A stretch of DNA of 64,000 nt from an uncultured candidate division Zixibacteria bacterium. Its GTDB lineage: Bacteria; Zixibacteria; MSB-5A5; GN15; FEB-12. The stretch lies in NCBI GenBank assembly GCA_963664195.1, contig OY760907.1:1024001-1088000 (forward strand). The letters run 5' to 3'. A program made the translations under genes and the position numbers. Each line of letters starts with the position of its first letter. Position 1 is the stretch's first letter. Positions 59,691-64,000 of the stretch are shown piece by piece. The notes under the pieces are model-generated. The model had not been told where the DNA came from, did not search any database, and saw nothing but the letters and a program-made list of their open reading frames with translations.

Positions 59691-59731
59691 CGTTAGTGAC
59701 CGATAACTAACGAATTGTCATGCCAATGTCA
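59691..59731 (-). promoter_or_regulatory. Promoter/operator of the tetR-cytochrome-porin operon
   Basis: Perfect 7-bp inverted repeat CGTTAGT-N8-ACTAACG at 59691-59712. It overlaps the expected -10 position of a minus-strand TTGACA. Confidence 0.6.
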
Positions 59732-59836
59732 ACAAAATACAATCCCCCGTCTGTCACAAATATCGGCATTAGTCATCCCAACTGTGATACGAAGCGAGCT
59801 AAGATTTTGTGTAGCAGATAGTTATGTCTATTTCTG

Positions 59837-61510
59837 TCAGTCGATTGACTTTCGTGGAGCTACCATAACCGATTTCTCCCTCTCCACGGTCACCAGCCCC
59901 GGTTTGGCTTTGCGCGGTTTCCGCACGTATTTGCGCTGGCAGTAGATCACCGGAACGAGGCTGTTGTGCCGTGCTTTGCTGTTGTAGGCGGCCAGGGAAG
60001 CTGCTTCCTCAATCTCCCGTTTGGTAGGTTCAAACGACTTGTTGGGGTATTTCATCACAACATGAGAGCCGGGGCATTGCTGCGCGTGAAACCAAAGCTC
60101 GTATGGCCGGGCGAATTCAAACGTTGTCCGGTCGTTGTCGGCACCGTCACGGCCTACAAACACAGTCAGACCGGTCGAGAGAGTCACCTCGCGATAAGGC
60201 AAGCGCGGTTGAACTTCCCGCTTATCCCCTACCTTTGGCATCAGCGAAGTGAGTTCGCTCTGGTGGCGTTGGGAGGCAGACTCAAAGTCGGTTTCCAGAT
60301 CAGCCTGCAAGGTCTGCAATTCCTCCAGTTCACCCTTTGAGATTTCCAAACGGCGTTCAAGCAATTCCAGCCCCTCGCGCCCCTTGCGGAAACGTTTGAA
60401 GTACGCCTCGATATTGTCGTTAGGACTTAGGGTAGGCTCCAGCTCGATCTCCACCGACTGCGATGGGTCCAACATCAAGTCCTCGACCACAACCGACTCC
60501 ATTCCCTTCTTGAGGCTCCCCCGATGAAGCTGCAGTAGCTCGGCATATCGTTTCTGGGACTCGTAGTCGGCCGCCCGCACCACATCTTCCTCTATCTTGC
60601 CCACACGTTTAGTCAATCGCTTGACGGCTTTTCCCACCGCTGTCAGGACTTTTTTCTCCTCGTCGGCTTCATCGATCCGGGTCTGCTTGCGCGAACACAT
60701 TGAGACCACTGCCAGGGACAACGACTTGAACTTCTCGGGCTGACTGTCTACGGAGGTGAGCTTAAACGGATACACCTCGGATACGCCTCTCAAACTGTAC
60801 AGATATCCAACGTCAGCGGAGGTAAACCGGTCTGCCAGGGAGTTGACCTCGTGAGCAAGCTTGTCGGCCTTTGACTGATCCAAATCGGCAGGGCGTGTCC
60901 CCTGAAGGCTGGCGCGATGTATGATCTCTCGCGCGATGGTCTCGTTGAATCCGGCAAAACCCTTTTTCAGCAAACCCAGCAGCGAGGACTCACCTGCCGA
61001 CTCGGCCAACTCGTCAATCTGGTCACCGGTGACCTCAAACGGGTCCAGCCTCTCCCCCGCCGGTGGAGGCGCGTACGGCTCGCCGGAATCGTACTGCTTG
61101 TTGCGAAGAGTGGCCTCGCGGTTACCTTCGGCGTCCAGGAGCCAGATGTTGCCGTTGGGACCCATCGCCTCGAAAACCATCCGCTTGTTTTGTCCGTCGA
61201 AAGTGATGTCCAGTTCGAAAATCCGGTCCAGACCGATCTGACGCACACCGGCGATCTTGCCCTCGGTCATGGCAAAAACCGGCCACGGTTTCTCAGGCGT
61301 GTCGATGTCGATCTTGGATGCCGGTACGCAGAAAGTCCCCCAGCCTGCCGGATGAAAAACAAACGCCATTGCCTTTACCCGTCGGTCCTTGCGTACAAAT
61401 AGATAGGCCGCCCGTTTTTTCTTGTAGAATTCGGTCGAGATGATTTCTCCGTCGACGAGGTCGTCTCGGAGTTCGTTGACCAGGGCGGTGATGTGCAGCG
61501 CGGTTTGCAT
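59837..61510 (-). CDS. rqcH: NFACT family protein / ribosome quality-control factor RqcH (Rqc2/FbpA homolog)
   Basis: GLDRIF, FEAMGPNGNIWLLD, coiled coil and VGRDGADND...WFHAQQCPGSHVV...KPRKAKPG NFACT-R domain. Confidence 0.88.
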   Translation of the reverse strand: MQTALHITALVNELRDDLVDGEIISTEFYKKKRAAYLFVRKDRRVKAMAFVFHPAGWGTFCVPASKIDIDTPEKPWPVFAMTEGKIAGVRQIGLDRIFELDITFDGQNKRMVFEAMGPNGNIWLLDAEGNREATLRNKQYDSGEPYAPPPAGERLDPFEVTGDQIDELAESAGESSLLGLLKKGFAGFNETIAREIIHRASLQGTRPADLDQSKADKLAHEVNSLADRFTSADVGYLYSLRGVSEVYPFKLTSVDSQPEKFKSLSLAVVSMCSRKQTRIDEADEEKKVLTAVGKAVKRLTKRVGKIEEDVVRAADYESQKRYAELLQLHRGSLKKGMESVVVEDLMLDPSQSVEIELEPTLSPNDNIEAYFKRFRKGREGLELLERRLEISKGELEELQTLQADLETDFESASQRHQSELTSLMPKVGDKREVQPRLPYREVTLSTGLTVFVGRDGADNDRTTFEFARPYELWFHAQQCPGSHVVMKYPNKSFEPTKREIEEAASLAAYNSKARHNSLVPVIYCQRKYVRKPRKAKPGLVTVEREKSVMVAPRKSID

Positions 61511-61633
61511 GGGGCCGAATATAGAGACAGAACTGCGGCTCAACAATCTTGAAATGTCCCGCCGAGGGCAGTATTATGCCGCGAGCAGAAGCAACATAGT
61601 CCTAAAAGCATTGTAACAAACAGGGAGAGAACC

Positions 61634-61843
61634 ATGAAATACGGTGCCCGCAACAAAGTGACCGCCAAAGTGTCCTCGATCAAGACCGGCGATATCATGT
61701 CGCTTGTGAAATTCGACGTCAACACGCCGGCGAAAATGGCCTCGGTGTTGACCTCGGAGTCCGTAGCGGAAATGGGATTGAAGGAGGGCGACGAGATCCA
61801 ACTTGTCATCAAGGCTATCCATGTCCTCCCGGTGAAGGATTAG
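61634..61843 (+). CDS. TOBE-domain molybdate/tungstate-binding protein (Mop-like)
   Basis: MKYGARN...V..IKTG...SVLTSESVAEMGLKEGD...IKA with a GGAGAG RBS. Confidence 0.88.
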   Translation: MKYGARNKVTAKVSSIKTGDIMSLVKFDVNTPAKMASVLTSESVAEMGLKEGDEIQLVIKAIHVLPVKD

Positions 61844-61844
61844 T

Positions 61845-62707
61845 CCGTCGGGCGTGGAACCCCGACGATCACGGGTCGTCTCCTGCCAAACGAGTAGAGC
61901 AGAGAGGTAGGTCGATACTCCTGCAGTTTCGACTTCACCTTTAGGGCAGAACCCGAATGGACCTACTCTCCCGTTGTCGAGTACTCTCGGAGCGGTTCTG
62001 CCATCGTCCGCCGGTGGCGGACCTCGCTTTCCGGCGGAACCGCTAAAGGGTTCCACCCTGCAAGACCCGACGGGTGGCCGGGTCAAACTCGTTTGGTCCG
62101 GATCATAATCCCTCCAAACAAGTTTTGAGGGGCCGCCCGAGCGATCTCTGTTCCGCCCTTGGAACCTGTCAGGATATGACGCCGAAGGGAACATACGGGA
62201 CAATTTCGGTGTTCAAATCTATGACAGCCTTATGGAGTAGGGCTAGCTGAATCTTTTCAGCCGCACCGCATCGCGAAGGCGGGGTAAGGATGCCTCGCCT
62301 TTGTTAATCGTGCCACATTCTGACAATTCGACTTCTATTCAGTTAGCCGCTAACTCATTGTTCTTCATTGTTGTACGTCAGCGCCCTGACAGCCGCTGAC
62401 GCATACAGAAGAAACCTGACAGACTATATGTTTGTTTGAGACGATAGACGTCCTCCAGAAAGAGCGCGTGCAAAACCTCTTCGCCAGGATGTCAATGGCG
62501 GGACCAAGCCCAGGTTCCGCCATTCTTTTTGTGCGGCACTAAAGACGGGGTGAGGGGATTGAGATATAGTGTTGTCGGGAGTTCATCCCACCCGACGCTT
62601 CGCCATGTATGGCTACGCTCTGGGCGGGCTACCGAAGATTCAGGGAAGGCTGTCGGGTTTGTCGTACGCCTGCGGCGCACTCGGAACACCGACGCACGAA
62701 GGCTGGC
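61845..62707. repeat. About 860-bp intergenic region rich in REP-like palindromes
   Basis: gtaggtcgatactcctgcagtttcgac at 61907-61933 (25/27 to the reverse complement of 55750-55776), gtacgtcagcg...cgctgacg, ggcggggtaaggatgcctcgcc, ggcgggacc...ggttccgcc and gtcgggtttgtc...ctcggaacaccgac. Confidence 0.55.
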
Positions 62708-63085
62708 CTACTCTACCGCCGGGAAAGCATCGGGATAGTGTTCGAGTTCGCCCCGGTTGAACGTTACGACATCGAATCGCAGATCTGTCTTTTCGATCTT
62801 GTTGGCGATTAGATACTGCCGGGCGGCGTCACTGAGGTGCTTGATCTTTTTCTCGTCGATTCGTTCAACCGGATGACCGAACTTCTCAGAGTATGTGGAT
62901 TTCACTTCGACAAAAACAATCAGGCTGTCGCGCCTGACAATCAGGTCGATCTCCTTGTGACCCGACCGCCAGTTCCGTTCAATGACCTCAAATCCCTTCG
63001 CGACAAAAAAACGGGCGGCAAGTTCTTCGAACCTGCGGCCCTGATTGATTTTTCGTTTGTCACCGCGACCGTTAGAAGAGGGCAT
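62708..63085 (-). CDS. YraN family protein (UPF0102)
   Basis: GRRFEELAARF...RNWRSGHKEIDLIV...IVFVEVK...RFDVV motifs. Follows rnhB. Confidence 0.92.
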   Translation of the reverse strand: MPSSNGRGDKRKINQGRRFEELAARFFVAKGFEVIERNWRSGHKEIDLIVRRDSLIVFVEVKSTYSEKFGHPVERIDEKKIKHLSDAARQYLIANKIEKTDLRFDVVTFNRGELEHYPDAFPAVE

Positions 63086-63701
63086 ACTGATCGACCAGTT
63101 TGGCCACCGGCTTGAAACTCCGTCGATGAATCTCGCACGGTCCGTTCTCGTCCAGTTCGCGAAGATGCGCCGCGGTCGGATATCCTTTGTGCGTTCCGAA
63201 AGAGAAGCCCGGATACAGCGCCTCGTACTTTTCCATGATACGATCACGGGTGACTTTGGCCACGACCGAAGCCGCTCCTATCGAGGCACACTTGCTGTCA
63301 CCGCCAACAATGGTAAACTGCGGCTGGGACAGTCCCGGCACGGGTTGGTTGCCGTCAACCAGGATCACATCCGGCGAACGTTTGAGATCCATTACGGCTT
63401 TGCGCATGGCGGCCAGCGAAGCGCGGAGGATATTCATGCCGTCAATTGTTTCATGGTCGATAATCCCGACCGCACAGGGCAGGCCGAGTTCTATGATACG
63501 CTTGAAGACTTCTTCCCTCTTGCGCGGAGACAGCTTCTTTGAATCAGCCACGCCTTCGATGACAACATCCGGCGGCACAATCACCGCGGCTGCTACCACC
63601 GGTCCGGCCAACGGCCCGCGTCCGACCTCGTCGACACCGCACAGGGCATCGTACCCTTTTTCGTACATCAGCGATTCGATGTTCTCTAAGATACCGTCCA
63701 T
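63072..63701 (-). CDS. rnhB: Ribonuclease HII
   Basis: GVDEVGRGPLAGPV, DSKKL, VDGN, GDSK..SIGAASVVAKVTRD, HKGYPT and HRRSF motifs. Confidence 0.97.
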   Translation of the reverse strand: MDGILENIESLMYEKGYDALCGVDEVGRGPLAGPVVAAAVIVPPDVVIEGVADSKKLSPRKREEVFKRIIELGLPCAVGIIDHETIDGMNILRASLAAMRKAVMDLKRSPDVILVDGNQPVPGLSQPQFTIVGGDSKCASIGAASVVAKVTRDRIMEKYEALYPGFSFGTHKGYPTAAHLRELDENGPCEIHRRSFKPVAKLVDQYALF

Positions 63702-63870
63702 ATTCTCTCCGGCGAATTCGTAAGGCAATGTCAACCTCCCCAGAAATAGTGGGTCCGAAAGGGAATTTCAACAACAAAACCCCTTCAATGAAGGTATCGA
63801 CGCAGTAAACCCTTTTATTAGACATCACAGCCGATTATCTTCGGGGCAACAAACAAAAGCAAAGGTATCT

Positions 63871-64000
63871 GTGTCACAACGCGCCAAAAAGAAGTTTGAG
63901 TTTCGAGTGATTGCCGGGGAGCTGAAAGGTCGAAAGATCACGGCCCCTGATCTGGGCGTCACGCGCCCTCCTCTGACTCGGCTACGCAAGTCGATTTTCG
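63871..64000 (+). CDS. rsmD: 5' part of 16S rRNA m2G966 methyltransferase RsmD (partial; not in the ORF track)
   Basis: The frame from GTG 63871 reads MSQRAKKKFEFRVIAGELKGRKITAPDLGVTRPPLTRLRKSIF, which matches the RsmD N-terminal pattern RIIAG..KGR.....RP...R.RE.LF. Confidence 0.75.
   Translation, partial: MSQRAKKKFEFRVIAGELKGRKITAPDLGVTRPPLTRLRKSIF

Noticed and set aside
61574..62203. 209-aa minus-strand ORF
   Set aside because: Overlaps the TOBE gene antisense and runs through palindromic repeats. The sequence is not protein-like.

Overview
A bacterial chromosomal window from a diderm organism. The FlgD/T9SS-type C-terminal domains, dimeric-type GlyRS and MtrA/DmsE-type cytochrome suggest an FCB-related lineage such as candidate Zixibacteria; this is an inference only. 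1-18 kb is a surface-polysaccharide and modification locus: two PaaK/CapK-like adenylate ligases, GT4 glycosyltransferases (one internally deleted), an acyltransferase, two large secreted FN3 proteins, a divergent NadE paralog with an ACP and an AMP-ligase, and a Wzz/GumC-type protein. Next come a receiver-PPDK_N fusion beside gdhA, a porin with an MCP, a LuxR-type regulator, a phosphodiesterase-DedA fusion and a TetR/TolC/HlyD/ABC-2 efflux operon. The rest holds bcp, recO, glyQS, selD, an MshEN signalling protein, an OprC-like copper receptor, an ECF sigma/anti-sigma pair, a radical SAM fusion, rsmB, ispG, a TetR-decaheme cytochrome-porin operon, rqcH, a TOBE protein, yraN, rnhB and the start of rsmD. 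The main result is two in-frame UGA codons that the ORF track treats as stops. One is at the CxxU site of SelD. The other is in the outer-membrane beta-barrel next to the decaheme cytochrome and is followed by a strong SECIS-like hairpin, which points to a selenocysteine- and heme-containing porin-cytochrome conduit. Several intergenic regions are mosaics of REP-like palindromes.
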